Assembly: GCA_040954595.2 (NCBI GenBank)
Contig: CM082594.2
Location: forward strand, 9,069,612-9,133,611
Direction of reading: 5' to 3'
DNA length: 64,000 nt
Source of the DNA: Balanoglossus misakiensis
Taxonomy: Eukaryota; Animalia; Hemichordata
Below the pieces are notes generated by a model that saw only the letters and a list, made by a program, of their open reading frames with translations, ran no database searches and was not told the DNA's origin. This document shows, piece by piece, positions 9,792 to 22,200 of this stretch (the stretch's first letter is position 1; the number at the start of each line of letters is the position of its first letter). A program made the translations under genes and the position numbers.

Positions 9792-12101
9792 ATGGGGTCG
9801 TGTGAATCTTCGCTGACATCGGCGACGTCGCCGCACGCGCACGCCCTACACCAGAAGCCGGACCACAAACAGTCTCCCCAGCGACTAGACGACGAGTTAC
9901 CGACAGAGGGGACGTCTGCGGGAACATCCGGGAACTCGGTTACCAAGGAGAAGAGCGGCGGGGATAAGGCAGACGGGATTAGTGGAAATGATCAAGATGG
10001 TTGCCATGGGTTCCGCGCTGAACATGCTAAGTACGTGTTTGCTGAGCTGGATAAGATGAGACGGCGCGGGGAATGCACGGATGTAGAAATCGTCAGCGAT
10101 GGCCGCGTTTTTCATCTTCACAGACTCGTCCTTTTGGCGAACACCGACTCGTTTAGTGGTGAATTTTCCCCGGCCGCGGGAGATCCAACGAGGCAAGAAA
10201 TAAACGCATCAACCTTTGAGGGCATAGATCCGGTGACCATGGAAACCGTGTCGAGTTTTATGTACGATGATAGCTTGACGCTCACGGAAGAGCGATTACG
10301 GCAGATACAGACAGACTACCGAGTCGTGCCGCTGATATCCTCGTTCAAGACGTCAATTCCCTCCACAACCGTGCAAAATTCCAACGGCTCTGGAAATGCG
10401 CCCTTATTGATGTCAAGAATTGAACGTTTTCGAAACGAACGCTTTTTGACTGATTTGGACCTGTATGTCGACGCACGAAAATTTGAATGTCACCGCTGCA
10501 TACTGGCTGCTTGTAGCGGATATTTTCGAGGTCTCTTCACATCCAACAGGGAAGGCACGAAAGATAGGGTCGTTCGCATCAGGGGAGTCGAGCCAGACAT
10601 CATCGGTCTGCTCGTTAATTTCGCCTACACGGGAATCATTGCAATCGAGGAAATCAATGTTCCCCAGATCCTCGCCGCTTCAAGGCGTTTCCAGTTTAAA
10701 AAGGTCGAGAAATTGTGCGTGTCTTTTCTGCAATGCAAACTCTCACTCGCAAACTGCATTTCCACCATGAGACTGGCTGCGAAGGAAAACGCGATGAGGC
10801 TGGCGGAGCGAGCGAAACAGGTGGCGGTCACACAATTCGAGGAGCTCGCAAAGCAGCCGACGTTTCTTCATCTAAGCCTAGCCGAGCTGAAGGGCATACT
10901 CGTTGACGAGCTGCACGTAGACTCCGAAGAACAGGTTTGTGACGCTGTAATGAAATGGGTAGCTTTTAGCAGAGCTGAAAAAGCCGGGTACATCTCCGAA
11001 ATCCTCGAATGTTTGAATTTGGAGCAGCTGTCGAACCACTACGTCCAAAGCAAACTTATGAAAGACTGTATTACGAAGCCGATATTCCAAAAACAAGGAT
11101 TCCACAAAAAGTATGCGAAAACTAATAAACACCCAAGAAAATACACAGAGAGTGTGATTTTCCTCGGCGAGTCTTCGGAAATGAAGTTCCATTCGGTAAT
11201 TTACGACCCCTTGAAGAAAACATGGGCAGAGGTTCTTGAACTCCAGAATCTTCCTTTGGATGAAGTGACGTCATCTATCTCTGCGGCGCTATTTTGGCAG
11301 GGGGAATTGTGGGTCGTTGTGGGTTGGCGTCATCATGTGATTTTTAACCTAAACGAACGCGAGTGGTACACGAACTCCGGCATTTGTAGCAAAGTTCGAA
11401 GCAAATTCGGATTTTTGTCTATCTCTGAAAATGTGTACATTTTTGGAGGAGAAAGTGCTTCCAGTGAACTACAACCCTCAGAGGATAAGTCGGTTGACAA
11501 CCTGCTGGATGTTTACAAGTATAATTCTGAACGTGATATATGGGAAATCGCTGCTCCTCTTCCTAGCCCAATTTTGCCAAAATCTTTCGTCGAATGCAAC
11601 AACAAAATCAACGTCATTAGCGCCACCAGTGACGGCAGCAGTATCAGAGGCTATTTACATCAGTATACGCCAGGCAACGATTCATGGGCGTTGGTGGCGC
11701 TCCTACCAGAAGACTGTTTTCCGAACGAAAGGAGGAATGGTGAATCGGTTGCAAGTGTTTGTGATCTATCAGTGGCTGCTATAGATGGAAGTTTATATAT
11801 TTACGTGGCAAGTACGGGTTCTTTTCACAGATACGATACCCGGATTGACGCGTGGCATTCGCTGCCTACCATGAACAGACTCAGAAGAGATCACCAAACT
11901 GTCGTCTGCATGACTAGAATTATGGTCTTTGGTGGTTTTGACATCGCTTCAGAATCTCCCGTGGCTGAAATCGAGGCGTTCGATCCACTCAGAGAGGAGT
12001 GGGAGATTGTGGATGAAATCTCGCGAGACTTTCCCCTGGAAAGAGCACACGCTGCCGTAACTGTGCCAAATAAACAATTATGGAGAACATATCTCACCTG
12101 A
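9792..12101 (+). CDS. Kelch-like (KLHL) protein with two tandem BTB domains, BACK domain and degenerate kelch repeats; single coding exon
   Basis: The 794-codon ORF opens at GTG 9717; the first in-frame ATG is 9792 (MGSCES..., 769 aa). BTB1: TDVEIVSDGRVFHLHRLVLLANTDSF. BTB2: LTDLDLYVDARKFECHRCILAACSGYFRGLF. BACK: LSLANCI...FLHLSLAELKGILVDELHVDSEEQVCDAVMKWV. Kelch repeats: VYIFGG...YKYNSERDIWE and IMVFGG...EAFDPLREEWE. Confidence 0.92.
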   Translation: MGSCESSLTSATSPHAHALHQKPDHKQSPQRLDDELPTEGTSAGTSGNSVTKEKSGGDKADGISGNDQDGCHGFRAEHAKYVFAELDKMRRRGECTDVEIVSDGRVFHLHRLVLLANTDSFSGEFSPAAGDPTRQEINASTFEGIDPVTMETVSSFMYDDSLTLTEERLRQIQTDYRVVPLISSFKTSIPSTTVQNSNGSGNAPLLMSRIERFRNERFLTDLDLYVDARKFECHRCILAACSGYFRGLFTSNREGTKDRVVRIRGVEPDIIGLLVNFAYTGIIAIEEINVPQILAASRRFQFKKVEKLCVSFLQCKLSLANCISTMRLAAKENAMRLAERAKQVAVTQFEELAKQPTFLHLSLAELKGILVDELHVDSEEQVCDAVMKWVAFSRAEKAGYISEILECLNLEQLSNHYVQSKLMKDCITKPIFQKQGFHKKYAKTNKHPRKYTESVIFLGESSEMKFHSVIYDPLKKTWAEVLELQNLPLDEVTSSISAALFWQGELWVVVGWRHHVIFNLNEREWYTNSGICSKVRSKFGFLSISENVYIFGGESASSELQPSEDKSVDNLLDVYKYNSERDIWEIAAPLPSPILPKSFVECNNKINVISATSDGSSIRGYLHQYTPGNDSWALVALLPEDCFPNERRNGESVASVCDLSVAAIDGSLYIYVASTGSFHRYDTRIDAWHSLPTMNRLRRDHQTVVCMTRIMVFGGFDIASESPVAEIEAFDPLREEWEIVDEISRDFPLERAHAAVTVPNKQLWRTYLT

Positions 12102-13717
12102 GTGGTTGGTCGTCGTCACGTGGTGAAGCGGTGTTAGTGGTGAACAGATGTTCAACCCAGATGTTCAACTGACATCCTCTGTACCGTGATAGGTTGTTGC
12201 AAAATAGAAATAATGTAACTATTCATGCATGGTATTGTTATGCTTTGTCCCATAAATGCCAAATTTGCCAATGTACAGTCTTTTCCCAGAGGTTATATAG
12301 CCCAATAGATACAGATGTCAGCTTTAGCTTCATTTCGATTCAAGTTTCATGATCACTTCTGTTTATACTTACATGTGTCAACTGTCAAAATGTGGTGAAA
12401 AAGTCGAAGTATGACATCAAAGTGTTGATTGTCGTCTCTGAGGGGGTTACCGTGGTAGCATGATGGAGAATGGTTCGAGTTGTACCCGTCAAAATATTAC
12501 TCCTTTTGTATATATACGATAAATATACGCAACACGTGATATACTTATAATATAAGACAACATTTTATTTTTCTTCAGAAGTACTTTGTGTATATTCAGC
12601 ATACATCTGCACAACTGATTGAAAATCGTAACATTTACAGTTTGAAAATTAACGAAAATGTGACATGAAATTGGCTTGTTACAGATTGGTGGACTCATGT
12701 ACGATAGATTAATGTTTGTGGTCTGTGGGGATGAGATTTGTCCTGGTAAACTTCTATGAAGGTACAGTCCAGCCTAGTTCTCATGCCCATTAATTGTGTT
12801 GATGTTGTTGTTTGCAATTCACGTACTTTGGTACAGTTATTACTACAACGTATGGAAACTGATGGAGTTACAATCTTGTTACAGTACCAATTCACATTTC
12901 AGACTGCTGGTGTTTTTGTTTCAAATTTGTGATCCAAGAGAGAGGTACTGTCCTGAAAATTGTATTTTAATTTAAAGGTATAAATAATATTAAATATTCT
13001 TTATTCACAAGCACACAGCCGTCATCGTGACATAATTAAATTACACTCAGTTCACATTGCATTGTTGGGGAAATATTACTTTGTAATCGGATAAAGGCAG
13101 GGATTCTCGTCGTGATGTTTTCTCTCGTGATAAGATTGCAAGATACATAGCGTGATAAGTTCGATATTAAATCAATCAAGTCCACCTTTCATCGATGTGA
13201 CAGGCACACATTATCGTTTTTGGTGTTATCTGCATCACTGTCGTTTGTCATGCGATTCTATGACAAAATGGAGTCGTTTGTCCCTCTCGAAGTTTCAGCA
13301 GCTTTTGGTGCCAAACGTAGCACTGCATCTTTCCCTTCGTCTCTTCGCCGAACCCTGGTTAGTTTTTGTGTAAATGATATCAAGTCGACATCGTCTCGCT
13401 CTTTGTTGTTATAACACCTTCACTACTACCGCATACCCCGGTAATACTCTTCAAACAGTTGCGTGCAAGCATGTCGTTCTCCAGCGACGGTTTCTTCTCG
13501 CCATTCCATGGCATGACGTCACCAGGTCAGTGTCATCTGGACCAATCGGACAGGTCCAGGAGTCGGGTACCCGCGGAAGTACATCCTTCCGCCGGGAGAA
13601 CTTTCTTCTTCACTGGAGCAACAGCTCGCGTTTCTGGAAGTCGCACGAGGGCGTGGACATGTCAAGTTGTCGGAGGTCCCCAACACCCAAACAGAGATGT
13701 TGGTTCAGTCCGGTTGA

Positions 13718-16094
13718 CTACACCACACACTCAGTTTTCGGTAGCGTGCGGAAAGACGATGACCTGCTCACAATCTTTCTGTAGTAGTCCTTTTTGTTGT
13801 TTTCTCTTTGTCCGCGGAAGGATACCGACCGACTGATGATTTTCCACGGTTTCTTGGACGTTTTCAATTTCTTGTTATTTTCCTTGTGCAAGATGCATGA
13901 CCTGATCATGTCCTCGAAAATCAGTTTAATTCTAGTGATTTCTGTGGCTGCCGAGGTTTCGTAGAAGTTCCAGTCGTGTTGTTTGGCGAGTTCTAAACCT
14001 TCCGAGTGAGAAACCTGTCTTCCTTGGGCGAAGTCGCACTTGTTGGCCAATAAAACCACTGGCACATTTTTGTTGCATTTCTGTAAAGTTTCGTGGAATT
14101 CTTCCGTCGCTTGGAAGCTTTGTCGGTTTGTCGTCGAATAAATGTATAAGACTCCGTCTGCAGATTCGAGATACTTTTCAGTTTTCTCCTGAAATGAAAA
14201 ACATGAATATAGTTTAAGATATTTGAAGAAAATCTACGAGTGTCGAAATCGGTAAAAAACATCATGCATTTGGAGTGTTTAATCTTAGACCCAGCCCAGG
14301 CCAATACTGCAAAACCGTTTTGAAAATATTTGTTGAATTGGCGCCAAGCCGAGTCATTGTTTTTGTTTATGAAGAGTTTTTGTTCCAGGAGTACCCCCTC
14401 CCCACTTGACAAAGGCAAAAGTATTCCAAGAATACGGCCACAAGACTGACCGATACAGATAAGTGAAATTCTTTCTACCATAAATTTTGTAACCAGTGAA
14501 GTCCTCTTTGTAAATGATAACCTTGGTTACTGTGGTACGTCCATGGTTAGTTACATACACTTAGAAAATGCTACTTCAGTTAAATCATGGAGGTTACATT
14601 GATTTGTAATGACATGAATGATGATCGTGTGCCAGGCTGAAATTATCTCTCAGATGTCGAAAATAACAAGTGACGTCATGTTCGTACCTGATCTGCCGTG
14701 TCCAGCAATTCCAATTGGACTTTCCTCCCATCGATTGTGTCACACTTCTCGTAGCATAATTCTGTAACGAAGCCGTGAAAATGGTAATGAGTTAATTTGG
14801 ACGGAAGTTAAAACCCAAATGATTAACAGAAGTAATATGTTCGACCGCCACCTTCTTTGTATCTTTATAGGTAAAGCGTTGATCCCCTCCTCTAAAACCG
14901 AAGACTTTCAATTAGCAAGTGAATAGATTGTTGGGAAACTGAACGCTGGAAACAACAGATTTATTCTTTTGTTTTCCAATTATGGAACCACGGCATTGAT
15001 TGCCGTATGATTCAACTCATGGGAACTTTTAAACGGACAATAGAACTGAGTCCTGACACAACACGCCAGGCTGTTCATGTAAATTCAAAACCCACGTTGA
15101 CGAGAAGGTGACAATGGCCCTCTCTCCTCCCCACCCCATGACGTCCCCAGACAAACTTTCATGTTTTGCCGATTGGCTTTCTTCCTTTTCAATTAAGCCT
15201 CTTAAAAAGTGTAATTTTCGGTTGGTATGGGTCACCCCTTTGTTCGCTGGAACATGGAATGCGAGGCCAGTGCCCATCTTTTTTTTCTAAACGATTTCGA
15301 GTTGGGACAATTTATCCTATGACCGTGAAAATGACCTTAAGATTCAGAGTAAATCCTCCGTGAAGGTCATTATGTGAATATATCCTAATCATTGTATTCG
15401 CTACAGAAAAATTCGTGCCAATACCTTGGCCTTTCGGTCACCCCAAAATTTGGCAATAGTGATATATTTTCCGTATTGTGTACTAGTATCCAAAAACTGA
15501 CAAAACTACTTACCCAGCTTTGATGCGTATTCATGGAGGTATCTTCCACATAGATATCGTACAGCGATGGCTATAAATAAAACAAAACATTTCGTAAATA
15601 ATCAGGTTATAGTCTGCATGTTGCGATAATGATAATTTATCACCGACAATTGAATTTTATCTCGTGATGACCGATGGCCTAGACATAGCGTTATGAAACA
15701 ACACTATCTAATGAAAGCAAGGTAGTCTGATTAATTTTTTTTTATCAGAAAAAGTGTTGGCCGTGATGCGGCAACTTTTCATTTTGGATAATTTTCATTA
15801 CCCACTGGACGCAAGGAAATGTCAAAACCATGCAATAAAACACACACACAGTTTTTGTCTGGGAATTTTTCGGCTACGTGTCACCATCTCCCGTTCATAA
15901 ACAAGCGTTACTATGGGCATTGAGCTCCGTGTTATAAAATTTCCCGTGGAAGACATCATAGACTGATATTTCAGATTGCCATCTGATCAGGTTTTTAAAT
16001 TGAAGGAATATTTACCTGTTTTTCCAACGCCACTTTGTCCAAGCAGAACGATTCTGCAGTGACTGGAAGCTTTGTCCATCTTCAGATTCGTCAT
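13718..16094 (-). CDS. RERG/RASL11/RASL12-like Ras-family small GTPase, 4 coding exons, ~226 aa
   Basis: Exons 16094-16016 (MTNLKMDKASSHCRIVLLGQSGVGKT, G1 box), 15570-15514 (AIAVRYLCGRYLHEYASKL), 14761-14688 (ELCYEKCDTIDGRKVQLELLDTADQ, G3) and 14188-13718 (VVLLANKCD G4, FYETSAA G5, ends PKTECVV*). All introns are GT-AG and phase-compatible. Confidence 0.88.
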
Positions 16095-18896
16095 ATTCTC
16101 AGGTCTGTGATCGGGGAGCTTAGCTGCCGAGTACCTGTCGTCGAGAGAGTTTCAGTGTTACTGTAGGGGTTCACATATTTGGCGTGAAAGAAGTACACGG
16201 GTCGAACAATGCCTGTAATCCTGTTAAAGAAATATTTACTCTCGGATGCTAATTTATGCAAACTCGGTGGTATACTGACAAATCAGCCCACTTGTGGTTA
16301 CGTAAGCAGGAACTAGTCGCCGGGGATTTTCGCTTCACACATTGAGACAGTGTTTTGTGCGGCGGGGAGAAAAAAGCTGACAGTGGCAATGGTTGCAACG
16401 TGTGCCAACATTTAGGAAACTGTGAAAGCGAATTTGGCCATTAAATACAATGGGGGGAAAACTTAATGCCAAGGCAGCGTTAAAATGCGTCTTTTCATGT
16501 GGCAACTAGCAGCTTTACAGGTAGACACAATAACTAATTAGACAAAAAGATCTCAAGGATTTCCGATTCCTAGGAGTGGATGGTGTGACGATCTCTGTGC
16601 TCCGGCCTTCCTGTATTTTCGCGAAAACCAAAAAATCCTCCGGCTAAGAATCAGAGGTACATTCCTGTTTTTGTGTTCTTGTTAAATGAGTTGGAATGAA
16701 AAGGCTGCGATTCCGCCCCGGGTCGTGTTTTGTTGCTTCAACGGCACCAGAGATTTTTATTCCTCTATCCGTTCAGGCGAGTTTCGAAGAAAACATTTTA
16801 GTTCAGTGCGTGAAACAATGCCAGGTAGGAGGGGACGGAGTGCATTTAATGGGGAAATATGTTGATTGTGGCATCAAAGCGTAGAATGGTGAGGAATTTC
16901 CTCCCGTATGGACCAGCGATTTGTCCCGTGGCTGCAGTTTAAAACCACTACTGTAATCACCTGAGTTCAATATCCTCAGCAAACAAGCGATACAGGTGGA
17001 CAAATGGCCGTATCTATAGGTGCACGTGCTCACTTAAAATTAGAAATCTGGATATAAAACCATTTCAGACAAGGAATGCGCGTTGAATGTCCAATTGGCA
17101 CCCGGCGTCCTGTTTTGTGAAGTTAGAAATTGCTGTTAGATTTCACATCACTGTACAAAAATGTTTCGTGGGATACATATCCACTTCAGACTAACTTCTG
17201 ATGTAATCTTTAACCTGGAACTCAGACAGCAGTCATGTATTGTCAGAGACTGCCAATTGATTAGTCAATCTGGAATTGAAAAGATTGCGCTGAATTTCGC
17301 ACCGACCACGATAAGGTCGAATAGAAGCATTCCTCCGTGACTGATAAGGTCGACTGTGCGGCAACTGCATGGTCCGGCCATGTCTTTTAAAGTCACGAAT
17401 TTTCTCGATTTGATTCTCAGTTGAGTAGTTAGCCCGATAATTAAACGATTTTGAAAGCTAATGACTCTCCCAAAACCAGCTGCACCCATTTATAAAGTGC
17501 GGTGACCAGTGGATGTCATTTTCTAGTATCCAGAGTCAGAGGCATACTGGGTTCACGGTGGTTGATCGCTTACAGTATGAAGGCTAAAATTCTCTAACGC
17601 AGACTTAGAACGACAGTTATGAGAGACCAACTACCGTTAGAACTTGACTCTTTCAGTATCATTACACCCACGCAACTTTCCTGCGAGACCTGGTACAGTG
17701 GTAGTCAATTCAACTGCTCCGAAGGTGAAGTGGTTAGACACGGCGGTTATGCGGACCACCTGTACTCAGCAAATTTGACCTGCCCTTGACGTTTCGTTTA
17801 CAAACACTTCAATTGTTTGCAATCAGCCTTCTCAACACACCTGGGTTGGGGTCTCCAATTATCTGAAATCGTCTCACCCCCCTCGACCCTATATTTCATG
17901 CTTCAACGCCTCCGTGGGACACTAATAAGGTCTCCGTGTGTGGCAGCTTGTAATTCGGTCTAAATGTACACCTGTCCAGAACTGGTTCGATTGACATGCA
18001 AAGACCGTCGGAAAAGCCTACTTGGTTATTTTCGATTTGGTGGAGATTTTCATTTTTGTTGATTCTGTCACTTATTCCGTGTCCGTTATATGCGGAATTT
18101 TACATTTAGCATTTATCTGCACCCGAATTTATAAAAATCAGCAACAATCGGCGCAACGTTGCGAAATGAATGTGACCTGGATCGAGAAAACTTGGATTCC
18201 ACATCGACTGTGCCAGACCTACAGCGAGTCCTTTGTCCGAGCCTCTTTACATACTCCTGCGGAACCGTGACTATATGAGCGCAGTTTCCGTCTCTGTTTA
18301 CCGGTGAAGTAACCCCCACTGTGTCCGCCAGGTAACCCGACACAAAATTCTGTGAATTCTTCACGGCATTTCCTGTTAAGTTCTGATCCCCTCCATCCCC
18401 GGCAGACTATTTTCGTCCTTATTACATCTCTAGACCTACTCACAGCGCACGCGCCCTTTGACCACCCGCTGATGGATATGAGACCGACACCTCGGTGCTT
18501 GGTATTCACTGGGACTGAAAAACACGGCGATAAATCTCTCCGCTGGATCAAGCCATTATTTATTAACATCTCGTAATATTTTAGCGCTTCGGGGAGTGTT
18601 AAGAGTGGTGGGCGTTTTGTTCACAACACAAATGTTGACTTATTTGTCCAATAATATAATTGGGCAACTTCACCGTCCAAACCGTGTGCTCCAAAGCTTC
18701 AGAAATCCCAGGCTCACATCTTTAGCAAAGTTTTCTTTTTCATTTTTCGCTCTTAATTCGACAAATATATTTTGTGTTGCCAGTATTTCACGATTAAAAG
18801 TTAGAAAATTTACTTTTCGCGTTAATAAAGCATAGGCCTATAGCAAATGCTATTCATTTAAGCAAATAACTCAAACAACCAGGAAAATTGCTTACC

Positions 18897-19222
18897 TTAG
18901 CTTTGAATGATGATTCGGCTGAATAGCCAGAAAGGACAAGCGAAGTTCAGCTAATGGTTGGAAAATTCCCCTGGTAATAACCCGATTTTCCAACTAATGC
19001 ACGAAATGTAGAAAGACTCGGTAAATTCGCGGTAGCGCGGTTGGCCGTCTGCACAGTGTATATGGGTTACTCCTGTCCGTCTCAGTGTCCGGTATGTTTG
19101 TGACTGGAACCCTGAACGGTAAAGTGCCTCTTATAAGTACAAGATACGCGAACGAGCATATTTAATCGCCACTGAACAAACACTCAGCTATTGGGTAACC
19201 ATGGCGCCGTTGCTATGGTTGC
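18897..19222 (-). promoter_or_regulatory. Candidate distal promoter and non-coding first exon (TATA plus tandem RFX X-box-like motifs), possibly of the RASL gene
   Basis: Minus-strand donor AAG|gtaagc at ~18896; TATAAG at ~19130-19136; gtaaccatggcgcc at 19195-19208 and gttgctatggttgc at 19209-19222. Confidence 0.3.
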
Positions 19223-22200
19223 GATACGAGGAGTTTGTCCTTCAGGAGCTTATACAAAGGGTCCGGTACGCCAAGCGTATAAAGGGCCGCACGTTAGAAA
19301 TTCCCAACGGAAGAAATCACGGGTTTCTTCCCGGAAGACCACGCCCCTCCGCGTAATTCATATTATATGTGAACATATTAAGTAATGCAGTAGATAATGA
19401 TTGAACCGAGATTAATATGCAAAGACCAGGTTTTACCGATTTATATAGAGCTATGACTAGTATTTCAATGCGCACGTGCAAAATGTAGAATTGTCTTTTC
19501 ATTTGAAAAGAAAATCACATGAAATGGCTTATCTGATCTCAAATTAAACATACAAGGAATGCATTTAGCGGTAAACAAACGGAGGTCACTGACACAACAG
19601 TTAGCAAAGTATGATCTACTGCTGTTTACGCGAGACCTAATCGTTTTATTGCGCATTCTCAAAATCCCCCACAACAAACCCCATACAATCAGAGGCAACG
19701 CCAGGCCGGACGATAAACTCCACCCGTTAAACTCAGATATGCAGAATTGCATCAAGTGAAACGATAGTGACGTGGCACAAGTATGTATTTCCTAAAACGG
19801 ACATACCAAGTCGACACTTGCATTCCTCGGAGTGCTATTCGCTGCCGAGTCACAGCTCTGAGAACGTGATTCGCGTTGAAACCAGTTCCGCTGCGACCAG
19901 GGTCCATATCAGTTATTAGGTCCGAACTAGAAATAGTCTGAACTGACAAAGAAAGCTGTAAAACTAACGGCTTGAAATGATGGGGCAGCCGCAAGATAGA
20001 AAACCACTGTGCATAGTTTAGCATGAAAACTTCTCATAAATGGCGAAGATATGATTGGAGCCAGCTTTTAGTTCGGCAAAAAAATTTCATGGCATACCCC
20101 AGAAATGAAATAAGGTTGTAAGGTATGGAGAACGATAAGAGAAAACTTCAGCGAATGCGTAATTATATCACTTGGCCAGAAATTCTCTCATACATGACCA
20201 TGCATGGAATGACCAATAAAAACTGTTCCCTCGGCCCTGTGAAACACTCTTCTATTTTAAGATGCAATGTATGAAAATGCGACAATGGAAATCTTCCGTT
20301 TTGATATTGCATGATAACCTGGTAGCTATGCATCAGCTTGTATCTTTAGCCAGATTTTTAAAGTTTCACCCTCAGCCCGGACTGTGCAGCCTGTCCTGAA
20401 TTGATCTGCTTATGCGCATACCATATGCATCAATTTCCAGATGTCCGCGTCCGAGTCAACCACCTGGGAATTTCATCACCTCCGCATTCACTATGAATTT
20501 GTCGACTGCAGTAATTGACGATTAAGTGATAATTATTGGTTCTTCCAAAGAGCTGGAGACAGTGTTATAATTTTGAAGAAACCCCCTTTTTGTGAAATAT
20601 GTCGTACGACTGCGAAATGGACAGCCGTCACGTGACCGGACAATTGACACCCATATTCCAATTAATAGTCCCCGATTTAGCGCCAGTGAGTTTTGAAGAT
20701 CCAAGCGGATCGTTGCGGAGAGACCCGCACATCATTGTCCCTCAAGCCAAATATTATGAGTACACTTTGTGTTACCGGTGCAATAACCGCGAGCCGGGCG
20801 TCGCAATTTCTAGACGGTATCACATGTTGCTGCCAATTTTCCTTAGCGAGTAATTGAAGGGCGTCAGTTCGACAATTTGAAGTATTTTGTGTTATGTAGC
20901 ATATCTACTTGTAGACTGCCAGGGATTTTTAAACTTTACCAGTTTACCCACCACAAATGCTGGGAGGGACTTCTATTATGATAACCGTATTGTTTCCATT
21001 TCTGATGACTTTTGTGTCGAGTTGTGCACTTGGCTGTTGTGTGCAGAGTTGGAATGTGAAGGGCGTTTCGCGTTACAATGAAGATCGACTTTCACAGCAT
21101 TGTGTCGTCAGAGTGCAAGTAAGCATCCTTGATATTGCGACCGAAGAATAAAAACCAAGAATCCAGAGCAATTGTCGAATGAATTGCCAGGAATTCCGAC
21201 CTTCTTCGCGGTGCCCCAACTGTAAATTGATCTTTTATTAGTCACAAACAAATTGTTGGCGAATCGGAGGCTTAATATTTGGGGACTGTGTCTTTGTCCC
21301 TCGCGTTTTTCCCCCATTTGATTAAAAATCGAAACCACGTTATGTGCAGTACTTACCCCAGAACACCCTATAATATTTTTCAGATATATTATTAGACTAA
21401 GTTTAAATATAGAAATGCACCAAGCTGTACCTGTCATTAATTTTATATTTAGAGCAGACGATTTACAAAACACTTTTAGCATCTGTCCAACTCTAAATGA
21501 TTCCCAACACGTATACTGTGTGATCGACTGTGTAAATCACTAATGGGCCTAGCAACTGTGGTCTTCATCCATTGACTTGTACATACTGCATGTCTGACTG
21601 ATGGATTTCTGAGAAGATTCGTGCGTCCTCGTGTTTCTATCTAGATTTAGACATATTTAAAATTAAGCTGGAATTTGCAAGCCAGTTGTTAGTTGCCTAT
21701 GAATTCTTGTCTGTCGTAAATGCGCAGTCGTATATGCGCCGTGACTGCGTGTGCGTGGTCCAAAATTGAGTTTCCGTCTTGTATAGGGTTGTAACAAGAG
21801 TGTTCGCACTTATTATATTGCTCTGTGGGGGTAATTTTGGCAATGTGGCGTAGCGCACGACCGTCTGGCCGTTTAACACTGAAGTGCTAAAAGCATTCAA
21901 TGCGTCCTGTCATGCCACGTGGTCCAGCTTTATTCGTGGTGTCCATGGAAAGCATGTGCGTGTTGCTCATAATATCTCAAGTTTCCGCTCATGAATGCTA
22001 TAGTTTTCATAATTCAGAGCACAATCAAAAATGGAAGAAACAAACTTTAACACAGTTGTGCCACGAATAATTCTGTCTCAGCGATGTTAGTGAACTTGGT
22101 TGTGGAATGGATTCTTTGTTGCTAGGCTTGTTGTTAGGAGCAGCAGATCGATCATGTTGGCCAACAGACAGGTGGTTACCGAGCCTCTCGGTTGGTTCAG

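Noticed and set aside
21565-21606. miR-217-like string tactgcat...actgatgg inside a small hairpin
   Set aside because: The seed would fall in the loop and the stem is too short for a pre-miRNA.
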